From: Thiohalobacter sp.
Lineage (GTDB): Bacteria > Pseudomonadota > Gammaproteobacteria > DSM-19610
Reading direction: 5' to 3'
DNA length: 33,865 nt
Assembly: GCA_027080445.1 (NCBI GenBank)
Contig: JALWRY010000496.1
Location: 1-33,865, forward strand
Below are positions 1 through 9,520 of this stretch, one piece after another (the stretch's first letter is position 1; each line of letters begins with the position of its first letter). Under the pieces are notes generated by a model that was not told the origin of the DNA, did not search any database, and saw nothing but the letters and a program-made list of their open reading frames with translations. The translations under genes were made by a program, and so were the position numbers.

Positions 1-445
1 TCATGGGTTCGGGGAATACCGAAGCGCGGTACGCCGCGCCCACCTGCGTGGTCTGCAGGTCTGTACACACCTGATTGTCGGCCTGCCTGGCGAACGCCGT
101 TCCGACTGCCTCACCACACTGGAACGTGTGCTTGAACACGGCGTGCAAGGCCTGAAACTGCACCCCCTGCATGTGGTAAAAGGCACGATGCTCGCCAATC
201 AGTGGCGACGCGGTGAATACACAGCATTGCCACTGGATACCTATATTTCCATCGCTGCCGATTTGATCCTGTTGACGCCTCCCGAGGTTATCTATCACCG
301 GGTGACGGGAACCGCTTCGAGTCAACTGCTCCTTGCGCCAACCTGGTGTTCCTGGAAGTGGCGCGTACTCAACCGCCTGACCGCGGAACTTCACCAGCGC
401 CGGATGATCACGCCCCGGACACACACCCCGGGAACACTAAACTGA
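1..445 (+). CDS. Radical SAM protein, TIGR01212/YhcC family (5'-truncated by window edge)
   Basis: Frame 2 is open from base 2: HGFGEYRSAV...VCTHLIVGLPGE...GLKLHPLHVVKGT...LTPPEVIYHRVTG...LLAPTW. This matches the C-terminal half of the YhcC family as I recall it. Confidence 0.85.
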   Translation, partial: HGFGEYRSAVRRAHLRGLQVCTHLIVGLPGERRSDCLTTLERVLEHGVQGLKLHPLHVVKGTMLANQWRRGEYTALPLDTYISIAADLILLTPPEVIYHRVTGTASSQLLLAPTWCSWKWRVLNRLTAELHQRRMITPRTHTPGTLN

Positions 446-1461
446 TGCCGGAAACACACACAAAGATGGAACTGGTCTGCCCGGCCGGCAACCTCCCCGC
501 CCTGAAGACCGCTGTCGATCATGGCGCCGATGCGGTCTACATTGGTTTTCGCGACGACACCAATGCACGGCACTTCGCCGGTCTTAACTTCAATGAAAAA
601 CGTTCCCGGGAAGGCATTGACTATGCCCACCGGCGTGGCGTGAAGGTTTTTGTCGCCATCAATACCTACGCACAGGCATCCGGCTGGGAACGCTGGCAAC
701 ACTCGGTAGACCTCGCCGCCTCTCTTGATGCTGATGCCCTGATCCTGGCTGATATCGGGGTCATGGACTACGCCGCCAGACGCTGGCCGGACCTGCGCCT
801 GCACCTGTCCGTACAGGCTTCCGCGACCAACCCGGAGGCGATCCGCTTCTATCACGATAACTTTGGTATCCGACGTGTCGTCGTGCCGCGTGTCCTGTCA
901 CTGAAACAGGTCCGGCAGGTGGCCGAACACAGCCCGGTTCCGCTGGAAGTCTTCGGTTTTGGCAGCCTGTGCGTGATGGTGGAAGGGCGCTGCCTGTTGT
1001 CTTCCTATGCCACCGGCCAGTCGCCCAATACCTTCGGGGCCTGCTCACCGGCCTCCGCGGTGCGCTGGATCGATACGCCAAACGGCATGGAATCCCGGCT
1101 GAACGATATCCTCATCGATTGTTACCGCCATAACGAACCGGCGGCCTACCCAACCCTGTGCAAGGGCCGCTTTAACGTCAGCGGCAATACCTACTATGCC
1201 ATCGAGGAACCCACCAGCCTGAATACACTGGCCCTGTTGCCGGAACTGCAAGCCATCGGTATCGCGGCGATCAAAATCGAAGGGCGCCAGCGCAGTCCGG
1301 CCTACGTCAGGCGGGTAACACAGGTATGGCGCGCAGCACTCGACAGTTGTCAAAAAGATCCCGCACAGTACCAGCCCAGGACACCCTGGCTGGAAGCCCT
1401 GCAAACTGTTTCGGAGGGCGCCCAGACCACGCTGGGCGCCTATCACCGCCCATGGCAATGA
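445..1461 (+). CDS. ubiU: O2-independent ubiquinone biosynthesis protein UbiU (peptidase U32 family)
   Basis: MELVCPAGNLPALKTAVDHGADAVYIG, TNARHFAGLNF, Fe-S cysteines in SLCVMVEGRC..GAC..LCKGRF, KIEGRQRSPAY, C-terminal LGAYHRPWQ. ATG at 445 overlaps the upstream TGA; alternative start at 466. Confidence 0.95.
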   Translation: MPETHTKMELVCPAGNLPALKTAVDHGADAVYIGFRDDTNARHFAGLNFNEKRSREGIDYAHRRGVKVFVAINTYAQASGWERWQHSVDLAASLDADALILADIGVMDYAARRWPDLRLHLSVQASATNPEAIRFYHDNFGIRRVVVPRVLSLKQVRQVAEHSPVPLEVFGFGSLCVMVEGRCLLSSYATGQSPNTFGACSPASAVRWIDTPNGMESRLNDILIDCYRHNEPAAYPTLCKGRFNVSGNTYYAIEEPTSLNTLALLPELQAIGIAAIKIEGRQRSPAYVRRVTQVWRAALDSCQKDPAQYQPRTPWLEALQTVSEGAQTTLGAYHRPWQ

Positions 1462-2384
1462 CAGAACCCCTGCGTATTTCCCTTGGCCCCGTGCTCTATT
1501 ACTGGAGCCGCGATGACCTGTTTGATTTTTATGCACGCATGGCAGACACAGAGGTCGATATTGTCTACCTCGGCGAGACTGTCTGCGCCAAACGACGCTC
1601 ACTGCGTAGCGAGGACTGGATACAACTTGCGGAACAATTGACTGCGGCGGGCAAGGAAGTCGTGCTTTCCACCTTGACCCTGATCGAGGCCGGATCCGAA
1701 TCAGCCGCCATGCAAGGGCTGTGTGAAAACGGCCGGTTTACTGTGGAAGCCAATGATATGGGGGCCGTCAACCTGCTGGCCGGCAGGCATCCCTTCACCA
1801 CGGGCCCCTCGGTCAATATCTATAATCCCCGCACGCTGAAAGTGCTTGCCGAGCGAGGCCTGAAGCGCTGGGTCCTCCCCGTGGAACTTTCACGGCAAAC
1901 ACTCGCTGACATACAGGCGCAACGCCCGGCTGGCGTTGAAACGGAGGTGCTGGTTTACGGGAGACTGCCGCTGGCCTATTCCGCACGCTGTTTCACCGCA
2001 CGCGCGCACAACCTGCCAAAAGACGACTGCCAGTTCCGTTGCCTTGACTACCCTGATGGCCTGTTGCTGTCTACGCAGGAAAACCAGGACTTCCTGGTTC
2101 TTAACGGTATCCAGACCCAGTCAGCCAGATCGTGTAACCTGATTGCGGAAATCGACGACATGCGCGCACTCGGTGTCGACATCCTGCGCATCAGCCCGCA
2201 ATCCAGGCATACCGAACGCATCATCCAGGCCTTCCACCAACGCATGTGCCACCACTGTTCTGTCGAAGCAGCCAGTGCGTTACTGGAGCCTCTCATGCCC
2301 GGCAAAAGCTGCAATGGGTACTGGCACGGCGCAGCCGGCATGGACGCCGCCGCTGGACATGCCGGGTTGATTCAAACGACGTAA
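1458..2384 (+). CDS. ubiV: O2-independent ubiquinone biosynthesis protein UbiV (peptidase U32 family)
   Basis: ISLGPVLYYW, YLGETVCAKRR, LAYSARCFTARAHNLPKDDCQFRC, NGIQTQS, CNGYWHG. ATGA overlap with the ubiU stop. Confidence 0.95.
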   Translation: MTEPLRISLGPVLYYWSRDDLFDFYARMADTEVDIVYLGETVCAKRRSLRSEDWIQLAEQLTAAGKEVVLSTLTLIEAGSESAAMQGLCENGRFTVEANDMGAVNLLAGRHPFTTGPSVNIYNPRTLKVLAERGLKRWVLPVELSRQTLADIQAQRPAGVETEVLVYGRLPLAYSARCFTARAHNLPKDDCQFRCLDYPDGLLLSTQENQDFLVLNGIQTQSARSCNLIAEIDDMRALGVDILRISPQSRHTERIIQAFHQRMCHHCSVEAASALLEPLMPGKSCNGYWHGAAGMDAAAGHAGLIQTT

Positions 2385-2430
2385 TAGACAACGCTATACT
2401 ACAGCGGTTTTCTCCCCGCCATGATCGTGA

Positions 2431-3489
2431 ATGATTGCCAACCGCCTGGTCTTTCGAAGGATGCTCAGCTGGATTGCGGAAACCGGAACCCGTTTTTCCG
2501 GCAGCCCGGAACAGCAAGCTGATCCTGCCATCCTCAGTGATGACTTTATCTTCACCAGCGCCCCCTACGCCATGAGCCATGCCTCGACCATCGCCGCCTC
2601 CGGCGGCAGGCTGGTTGCGGCCTGGTTTGGCGGATCACTGGAATCCCGCCCTGACGTTGGCATCCAGGTTTCCCTGAATGATGGTAGCGGCTGGTCAACG
2701 CCGTTCGAAGTCGCCAATGGCATACAGCCCGACGGCAGCCGCTACGCGTGCTGGAACCCGGTACTGTTTCAGCCCGATTCAGGTCCCCTGATGCTCTTCT
2801 ATAAAGTCGGGAGAAACCCGAGAAGCTGGTGGGGCATGTACACGGAATCCACTGACCATGGACAGACCTGGTGTACACCCGGGCGTCTTGCCGAAGGCAT
2901 ACTCGGTCCCGTCAAGAACAAACCCGTGCAGCTGCCGACAGGGGAACTGCTAAGTCCCTCCAGCACCGAACACGACAACTGGCGCATTCATATCGAGCAT
3001 AGTAACAACCTGGGGAAATCCTGGACACGCATCAACCCGATCGAACACGACCATGGCATTGCCGCCATCCAGCCGAGTATCCTTACCCATGGCGAAAACC
3101 GTCTACAGCTCATCTGCCGAAGCCCGCACAAACGCATCGCGGAAAGCTGGTCCAGTGATGGCGGAAAAACCTGGAGCCGCTTACAACTCACCCCATTGAA
3201 AAACCCCAACTCGGGTACCGACGCAGTCAGCCTTGCCGATGGCCGTCAGCTACTGGTTTATAACCCCTCGACCCGCCGACGCACACCCCTGAACGTGGCG
3301 CTGTCGCATGACGGCAGGCACTGGCAGGACTGCCTGGTACTGGCCCGGGGCTTCGGGGAATACTCCTACCCCGCCGTCATCCAGACCGGCGACGGCCTGG
3401 TACATATCACCTACAGCTGGAACCTGTCTCGCATTCGCCACGTTGTGCTCGACCCGGAAAAACTCCCGTGTGGCTATCCCGGGCAGTAA
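2431..3489 (+). CDS. BNR/Asp-box sialidase-like (exo-alpha-sialidase family) protein
   Basis: Five Asp-box-like motifs (SLNDGSGW, STDHGQTW, SNNLGKSW, SSDGGKTW, SHDGRHW), plus CWNPVL, GPVKNKP, IQP, NPNSG and YSYP. No clear signal peptide. Confidence 0.8.
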   Translation: MIANRLVFRRMLSWIAETGTRFSGSPEQQADPAILSDDFIFTSAPYAMSHASTIAASGGRLVAAWFGGSLESRPDVGIQVSLNDGSGWSTPFEVANGIQPDGSRYACWNPVLFQPDSGPLMLFYKVGRNPRSWWGMYTESTDHGQTWCTPGRLAEGILGPVKNKPVQLPTGELLSPSSTEHDNWRIHIEHSNNLGKSWTRINPIEHDHGIAAIQPSILTHGENRLQLICRSPHKRIAESWSSDGGKTWSRLQLTPLKNPNSGTDAVSLADGRQLLVYNPSTRRRTPLNVALSHDGRHWQDCLVLARGFGEYSYPAVIQTGDGLVHITYSWNLSRIRHVVLDPEKLPCGYPGQ

Positions 3490-5777
3490 ATATCCCTGTC
3501 CGTCCTTACCCCGGCGCTTTCGTATCAAGCGCTGCCCTGATACTGCCTGCCGCCGTCCTGGTAGCCCCCCACCTGGGCGAAGCAGCCTATCTACTGCTTA
3601 CCCTGGGCGGCATTTATGCACTGTTGCGTCGGGAAAACGGCAAGGAAGCCAGTCAACGGCTCAAAAACGTGCAGTTACTCAGCCTGCTCACGCTGGGCTT
3701 TTACCTGGTCGCCTTTACCTCGCAATTTATTTCCGGCCCTGTCTCCACGGCATCGTGGAACCCCGGCGGCCTGCGCGAGTTCCTTGCCGCCCCGTTTATC
3801 GGCCTGTGGCTGCCGGGCCGTATCAACACACGCTTTCTCATGCCGGCCATCAAAGTCTGCGCACTACTGGTCTTCGCTGTAGCGCTATACCAGTTCCTGC
3901 AAGGTACAGACCGGCCCGGGGGAGCTGTCAACCCACTGATATTCGGACTCCTGTCATTATTGCTTGGCTTCTTTTCCCTGGTCCGTCTACCGCTGGAATC
4001 GACACCGGAAAAACTCTTATCGCTGGCCGCTTTTTCTTCCGGGTGCATGGCTTCCGTGCTTTCCCAATCCCGTGCAACCTGGATGATGTCGGTTTTTCTG
4101 CTCGCCTGCATCCTCTTCGTCTGGCGCAGAAACGGCCAACTGACCCGGCGTGTGGCACTGGGAATGTCCGGCCTGTTTCTGGCGCTGGCATTGCTCTCGT
4201 CATATATTCCTGTCGTGCAAGAGAGAATTTCCTCCGGCCTGAAGGACTATCACACGTTCAACATGCACGACGCATGGAACACCTCGTTCGGCCAACGCAT
4301 CATTATGTGGAAAGGCGGTCTGTTGGCGGCCCGGGAAAAACCGGTTCTCGGCTGGGGCATCGCCAATACCCGGTCGGCTGCCGCTTCAGAACTTGAATCC
4401 CCCGCCATGAAAAAGGTCGTTCTGGGATATAACCATTTACACAATGAATATATCACCAACCTGGTGGCAAAGGGTCTGCCGGGCCTGCTGAGTGTGCTGT
4501 TACTGCTTTTCGTCCCACTAACAATTTTCCTGCGTCATCGCGGTAATCCTGAGCACCTGGTCTACCAGGGTATCGGTTCCCTGCTATGTATCGGTTACGC
4601 GTTTTCCGGTTTGAGCAACCAGGCCTTTGGTGATGACACGCTGAATATTTTCTTTGTCTTTTTCCTGGCAATGACACTTCCCCGGGCCGGTTTTATGCGA
4701 GGTCGCAACAAAAACACCACGGACAAATCGCACCGGATCTGGCTGCTGCAAAGCCACAATATCGGTGACAACAACCAGGCGCTGGCGCTGGCGGAATCGC
4801 TGGGGCTCCCTTACGAGACAAAGCGCATCGTTCGTCGCCACAAGGGACTGATATCCCGGTTGGCCTGGAAACAGTTGCTTGGCGTTACACTGGCCGGCAT
4901 CGATCGCTCCCGTTCAAGTCCTCTCGCCCCGCCCTGGCCTGAGCTGGTGATCAGCGCCTCCCGCACCAGTGAGATGGTCGCAAGGTGGATTGCCAGAAGG
5001 TCCGGCGGACATACCCGACTGGTTCACCTGGGCAGTCCCAAAGGCCCTCTTGAGGCATTCGACCTGATCATTGCCACCCCCCAACACCCCCTGCCGGAAA
5101 GAAACAATATCCTGGTAATCGACCTCCCCCTGCACCGTATATCGCCTGAGCGCCTGCATAAGGCGGCCGCTGAATGGCGCCCGGCATTCTCTCACCTGAA
5201 ACGCCCCTATACCGCCGTACTCGTTGGCGGGAATTCCGGAGAGTTTATCCTGGACTGCAATACCGCACGCCGCCTTGCCCAACGGGTCAATACACTGTCA
5301 CATGCCTCCGGCGGCTCGGTACTGGTCACAGACAGCGCCCGCACACCGCCTGCGGCCTATGATGAACTTGTTCGCCAACTGACCGTACCCGCCTATATTC
5401 ACCGCTGGAAAGACAGTGCGGACAATAACCCTTTCCATGCCTATCTCGCCCTCGCTGAGCAACTGGTGGTGACAGCGGAAAGTACTTCCATGCTGGTCGA
5501 GGCCAGCGCCACCGGGAAACCCGTATTCATGTTCGACTTTGGTCACGAACACGGCCACGGGAAAAACATAAAAGCAGGATATTGGTACAGGATGATACGC
5601 CACCTGAAACGGCAGCATTGTCCGCGTGACGTAGGCAGCATACATCAAATATTGATCAATTGCGGCCGTGCACGCTGGCTGCATGACGAGGCGCCGGCTG
5701 AAAAACCAGGAAAGAAACCCGGCGTTATACCCTGTGGCCTTCAACGCGCTGTGGCGCGTGTACAACGTCTACTCTAG
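3468..5777 (+). CDS. Fusion of an O-antigen ligase/Wzy_C membrane domain and an ELM1/GtrOC1-family putative glycosyltransferase domain
   Basis: N-terminal ~400 aa are multi-TM with SQSRATW, R..MWKGG...PVLGWG and HLHNEY. The C-terminal part has GDNNQALALAE, PWPELVI, FDLIIATPQH, VLVGG, SARTP, NPFHAYL and VTAESTSMLVEASATGKP. One uninterrupted frame; exact start uncertain. Confidence 0.8.
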   Translation: MWLSRAVNIPVRPYPGAFVSSAALILPAAVLVAPHLGEAAYLLLTLGGIYALLRRENGKEASQRLKNVQLLSLLTLGFYLVAFTSQFISGPVSTASWNPGGLREFLAAPFIGLWLPGRINTRFLMPAIKVCALLVFAVALYQFLQGTDRPGGAVNPLIFGLLSLLLGFFSLVRLPLESTPEKLLSLAAFSSGCMASVLSQSRATWMMSVFLLACILFVWRRNGQLTRRVALGMSGLFLALALLSSYIPVVQERISSGLKDYHTFNMHDAWNTSFGQRIIMWKGGLLAAREKPVLGWGIANTRSAAASELESPAMKKVVLGYNHLHNEYITNLVAKGLPGLLSVLLLLFVPLTIFLRHRGNPEHLVYQGIGSLLCIGYAFSGLSNQAFGDDTLNIFFVFFLAMTLPRAGFMRGRNKNTTDKSHRIWLLQSHNIGDNNQALALAESLGLPYETKRIVRRHKGLISRLAWKQLLGVTLAGIDRSRSSPLAPPWPELVISASRTSEMVARWIARRSGGHTRLVHLGSPKGPLEAFDLIIATPQHPLPERNNILVIDLPLHRISPERLHKAAAEWRPAFSHLKRPYTAVLVGGNSGEFILDCNTARRLAQRVNTLSHASGGSVLVTDSARTPPAAYDELVRQLTVPAYIHRWKDSADNNPFHAYLALAEQLVVTAESTSMLVEASATGKPVFMFDFGHEHGHGKNIKAGYWYRMIRHLKRQHCPRDVGSIHQILINCGRARWLHDEAPAEKPGKKPGVIPCGLQRAVARVQRLL

Positions 5778-6710
5778 CTGTTCCAGCAGATTTTTTGCAC
5801 TTCGATAGTGGGCTTCAAGCGGGTAGTCCGACTTCTTCTGACGAATCGGGTAACAACGTACATGGAACCCGAACGGTTCCCGATTCCACAGGAATTCCTC
5901 CCAGCCATTTGATTGCACATCCGGGAACCCGTGAACGGCAAAACCGGTTTTGCTGAAATAACCACGTCGTTTTGGCGTCAGGCTGAGATGATCCGGGAAA
6001 AACAGGTCCAGCATACGCCGCACCACCCTGGGCTTGAATACCGGTTGAAAACATTCGACCTTCACGGAAGGATGTTCCCTGTGGTAATGAAGCAGTCGCC
6101 AGCCGGTATCCCGTGCACGGCCTACGCGCCGCCGCCTGGCAAGCGTCAACCGTGCAATCACGGCATTGAGCCGGGAGCCCGGGTGCTCCCTGAGACCGAG
6201 CCAGGCCGGGTCGCCTTCATAGTCGGGGGAAAAGTCCAGCCTGTCCCGGTGAATCTTGTGCAGATCAATAAAAGTACAATGCGCACAGGGGAAATAGCGG
6301 AATTTACTGGATCTTTTCGGATGCCACGGCGCCCCCAGGATCGCTACATCCCGGGAGCGCATATAGGCAATGACATCCTTGATCCAGTTTCTGCGGATAA
6401 TAAAAAAATCCGGGTCCAGGATCAGCAGGTAGCGTGTCGATGCAATCCGGGTGATTACATTCAGCCCGGCGGCATGGTGGTAGCTGGCAGAACCATAGCG
6501 CCGGTCTTCATATTCAGCGCCATCAAATACCTCGAAACCGGGTTCACAACGGTATAGTCGCCCGCTGGAACCGGGCGGTGAATTTTCTGCCACCAGCCAA
6601 TGAAACCTGACACCCGGGTTGAGCTGTTTCACCAGGTCGAGGTTCAGACGAAGCCACTCGGCGGACTCGTAGGATACCGTACAGAGCGTCAGTTCCGGGC
6701 AGGATGGCAT
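5769..6710 (-). CDS. Hypothetical GT-A-fold (glycosyltransferase family 2-like) protein
   Basis: 313 aa ORF with N-terminal TLCTVSY..VAENS, HAAGLN and DxD motif LILDPDF. Last gene of the minus-strand glycan operon. Confidence 0.6.
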   Translation of the reverse strand: MPSCPELTLCTVSYESAEWLRLNLDLVKQLNPGVRFHWLVAENSPPGSSGRLYRCEPGFEVFDGAEYEDRRYGSASYHHAAGLNVITRIASTRYLLILDPDFFIIRRNWIKDVIAYMRSRDVAILGAPWHPKRSSKFRYFPCAHCTFIDLHKIHRDRLDFSPDYEGDPAWLGLREHPGSRLNAVIARLTLARRRRVGRARDTGWRLLHYHREHPSVKVECFQPVFKPRVVRRMLDLFFPDHLSLTPKRRGYFSKTGFAVHGFPDVQSNGWEEFLWNREPFGFHVRCYPIRQKKSDYPLEAHYRSAKNLLEQLE

Positions 6711-6728
6711 CAGGCAACTCCCCCGGCT

Positions 6729-7238
6729 TTATGAAAGTGCTGACACCCGGGCCTTGCCCCGGGACAGGACTTTCCCGATCAGGTCACACACTTCACGAAC
6801 GGCGCCATACCCCCCGGCCCGTTCCGTCCGATACACTGCATGCGCAATCACATCGGGGTGCGCATTCCGTACAACGATCGGCAGGCCAACGTTGCGAAGG
6901 ACATCGAGGTCGTTGATATCATTGCCTACGAAAGCCACCTCCGACAGCATGATGCCCCGCTCCGCAGCAAAATGTTCCAGCGCGATGCATTTGTCCCTGA
7001 CATCCTGTATACAATGAATCTTCAGCTTGGCTGCCCTGGCCGACACCACCGGGTTGGCCTCTGTTGAGATAATGACGGTTTCGATACCGAGCCGATCAAG
7101 CTTCTGCAGACCGATACCGTCACCACGAAAGCAACGCACCGCTTCGCTACCATCCTGGATAACGTACACCATGTCATCAGTAAACACGCCATCAAAATCA
7201 AAAGCCACGAGGCGAATGTGACGGATAAGCGCTTCCAT
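6729..7238 (-). CDS. KdsC-type HAD phosphatase (Kdo-8-P / Kdn-9-P phosphatase family)
   Basis: HAD motif I FDFDGVFTD, DGIG, GNDINDL, and GGYGAVREVCD. Confidence 0.9.
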   Translation of the reverse strand: MEALIRHIRLVAFDFDGVFTDDMVYVIQDGSEAVRCFRGDGIGLQKLDRLGIETVIISTEANPVVSARAAKLKIHCIQDVRDKCIALEHFAAERGIMLSEVAFVGNDINDLDVLRNVGLPIVVRNAHPDVIAHAVYRTERAGGYGAVREVCDLIGKVLSRGKARVSALS

Positions 7239-8113
7239 CAGCCCGCTTTCCTGCCGAACAGACGCCAGGCCTTGTTTTTGAGTTTCCTGGCCGTATCCAG
7301 GGGTACGCGTGATGTCAGGCGCTGCATATAGGCCGAGGCGAATTCAGGCTCGATGACAGGGTGGGAACTGATGGCCCAATCACCTGTGTCGTAACCCGTA
7401 AGCGCCATATAAGGCAGGTAGGCCGGCCTGAAGAGTTCAACATCCTCCTCGGTAAACCAGTGGCGCCAGTCGCCGCTTGCCTTCTTGCGCACCACCTTGG
7501 CGTTACCGGTGGAATTCGGTACTTCGGCATCCGCTTCAATCCCGAACCCGAGATAGTCGTTGAGTGCCGTAAAATTTTTACTGACCATATTTTCGTAGGT
7601 AAAAAGGAACCAGTCGTCACCCAGGCCACGAATAAAGTCGGACATCTGTTGATAGCGGTCATATTCCTCGTCAACCACGGACTGCAGATCTGCCGGCCAG
7701 TCACCGTGCCCGGTATAACGACAGAGCTCGTGGAAGGGGACAGACAGGGGGTCTCGTTCTTTCTTTTTCACCAGTTCAAGGTGCTCATTGAATTGTTGCC
7801 TGTGCCCAACGCAACCGCGGTTCCAACGGTACAACATCCTGCTGACGGCAACGTCCCGCGGATCGCGTGCGATCCAGACCTTGCGGTCATAGTGTTCATG
7901 CTTCAGATGCTCCCGGTATAAATCAAAGTCCTTGCCTTTGCGTGCCTCGTAGGTGTGCTTGTAGACGGCATTTTTATAATCACCGATATACTTGCCCGGT
8001 TTGCCCCCGGAAAAAGCCTCGCAGCCGGGCAGACCTGCGGCAATCTTGTACAGCAGCGCCGTTGTGCCCGACTTGCCCAGCCCCAGTATCAATATTTTCA
8101 TTTCATGCTCCAC
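7238..8113 (-). CDS. Sulfotransferase-like P-loop protein
   Basis: 5'-PSB-like GLGKSGTT, 3'-PB-like RDPRDVAVS, YE motif (FTYENM) and C-terminal RKKASGDWRHWF. Start at 8113 or 8104. Confidence 0.7.
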   Translation of the reverse strand: MEHEMKILILGLGKSGTTALLYKIAAGLPGCEAFSGGKPGKYIGDYKNAVYKHTYEARKGKDFDLYREHLKHEHYDRKVWIARDPRDVAVSRMLYRWNRGCVGHRQQFNEHLELVKKKERDPLSVPFHELCRYTGHGDWPADLQSVVDEEYDRYQQMSDFIRGLGDDWFLFTYENMVSKNFTALNDYLGFGIEADAEVPNSTGNAKVVRKKASGDWRHWFTEEDVELFRPAYLPYMALTGYDTGDWAISSHPVIEPEFASAYMQRLTSRVPLDTARKLKNKAWRLFGRKAG

Positions 8114-8116
8114 TCA

Positions 8117-9520
8117 TCAGGCGCTGATTCGAAATATCTGGTCATGAATCTGCTCGGCCCTGAGCTCGGTTGTATCGCCCAGCGCCTGCTGAAACAGCGA
8201 TATCCGTTCACGCAAGGCCTCAAGGGTAATGCCGGGATAACGGTGGCGATGAAATGCCGGTGGCGCGTGGGTTCCCGGCAGATCACGCTTTGTCCATTTG
8301 ATCAGTCGCCGTCCATTGGCTGTCATATAACCCGCCAGGTAGGTCAACAACGCCGGTTTCGGTAATCCGGCCTTGCCAGTCGTGATATTTTCCAGCACAT
8401 CCACCATGCGATCACACGCCAGCGGGCCATCCTGTGCCACGATATAGCGGTCGAACAGCGCCTTGCGCTCATCGCCAGCTGCAGCACCCATCTCACCGGA
8501 CAAAATCCTGCCCAGGGTATCTTCCAGTTCCTGCTCACTGAAACACGGGTAACTCAACTGGTTCGGGAGATGATAAAACCCCTCGTCTATGGCTTCATCG
8601 ATGTTCGGACGGTAACTGATGGCTGGCACCCCCATGCTGTACGCCTCGACGGCTGTGGTGCAGCCGTTATGAACCAGCGCCTTTGCCGCCATTAACCAGG
8701 GTACGACATTACCCTCGTTGCTTACCTTGACGTGTTGGCAGGTCGCCGCGATACGCTGGTAGATCGCCGGGTTTTCGGTCGGATGCGGCCGGACAATGAC
8801 TGTAAAATCCGGGAACGCCCGGTCCAGCACCGGGATCAATGCCTTGAACGCTTCAAACAGGGCCTGTTTGTGATCTCTCAGGGCTTCGGCAAATTCGACA
8901 CTCATCCCCCTGGCGGCTTTCCCGAATTTGGCTTTCTGCCCAGGTCTTGTTACCGGCCTGAACAGATTCTGCGCGGGATAGAAGGCATTGACGTGGTTGA
9001 AGTTGGTGTTAAGCAGGATAAATTTTCCGTGTTCCCGGCGCAGCGCATCGACCTCGTCCCGGTAGAAGGCGCCCATTTCACGGCGCAACATATCAGCGCG
9101 CGGGTTACCAGTGATATGTATCGGCTTTTCCCCGGGCATCTGCGGGTACTGACGCCACAGGCTGGCATTCTCTTCACCCCAGGCAAAGAGATGAGAAACA
9201 TATTTCAACGACACGGGTGACAAGCGGCGGGAAAAATACATGTCTGCGGGCAGATGTACCAGTGCTTCCTCATCCCAGGACACAATTTTCTGGCCGAGCT
9301 TGTGCATGATCCTGAACATGTTCAGGTTCATACGGGTAAAACTCTTGCACAGGTACAGGCTTCTGGGCAGCGAGGCGATTCTCAAATCGATCTTGCGATG
9401 TGAACCAATGATCGAGGGGAAACCCCGTTTCGCCGCGACACAGGCCAGTAACAACTTTGGATCAAGTTCACGCACCTGGTTTTCAACCGGGATAATGAGT
9501 GATACTTTTTGTGTCGTCAT
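8117..9520 (-). CDS. Surface carbohydrate biosynthesis protein (TIGR04396-like, GT-B-like), paralog 2
   Basis: IPVENQVRELDPKLLLA, WDEEAL, FAWG, TGNPRADML, NTNF, VRPHPTE and HNGCTTAVEA. Confidence 0.7.
   Translation of the reverse strand: MTTQKVSLIIPVENQVRELDPKLLLACVAAKRGFPSIIGSHRKIDLRIASLPRSLYLCKSFTRMNLNMFRIMHKLGQKIVSWDEEALVHLPADMYFSRRLSPVSLKYVSHLFAWGEENASLWRQYPQMPGEKPIHITGNPRADMLRREMGAFYRDEVDALRREHGKFILLNTNFNHVNAFYPAQNLFRPVTRPGQKAKFGKAARGMSVEFAEALRDHKQALFEAFKALIPVLDRAFPDFTVIVRPHPTENPAIYQRIAATCQHVKVSNEGNVVPWLMAAKALVHNGCTTAVEAYSMGVPAISYRPNIDEAIDEGFYHLPNQLSYPCFSEQELEDTLGRILSGEMGAAAGDERKALFDRYIVAQDGPLACDRMVDVLENITTGKAGLPKPALLTYLAGYMTANGRRLIKWTKRDLPGTHAPPAFHRHRYPGITLEALRERISLFQQALGDTTELRAEQIHDQIFRISA

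Noticed and set aside
2431-2500. Tat signal on the sialidase-like protein (FRRML)
   Set aside because: No hydrophobic h-region follows the twin arginines.
3308-4396. 362-aa alternative-frame ORF and the many other shadow ORFs
   Set aside because: They overlap well-supported genes, are Arg/Pro/Ser-rich and show no motifs, as is typical of GC-rich shadow frames.
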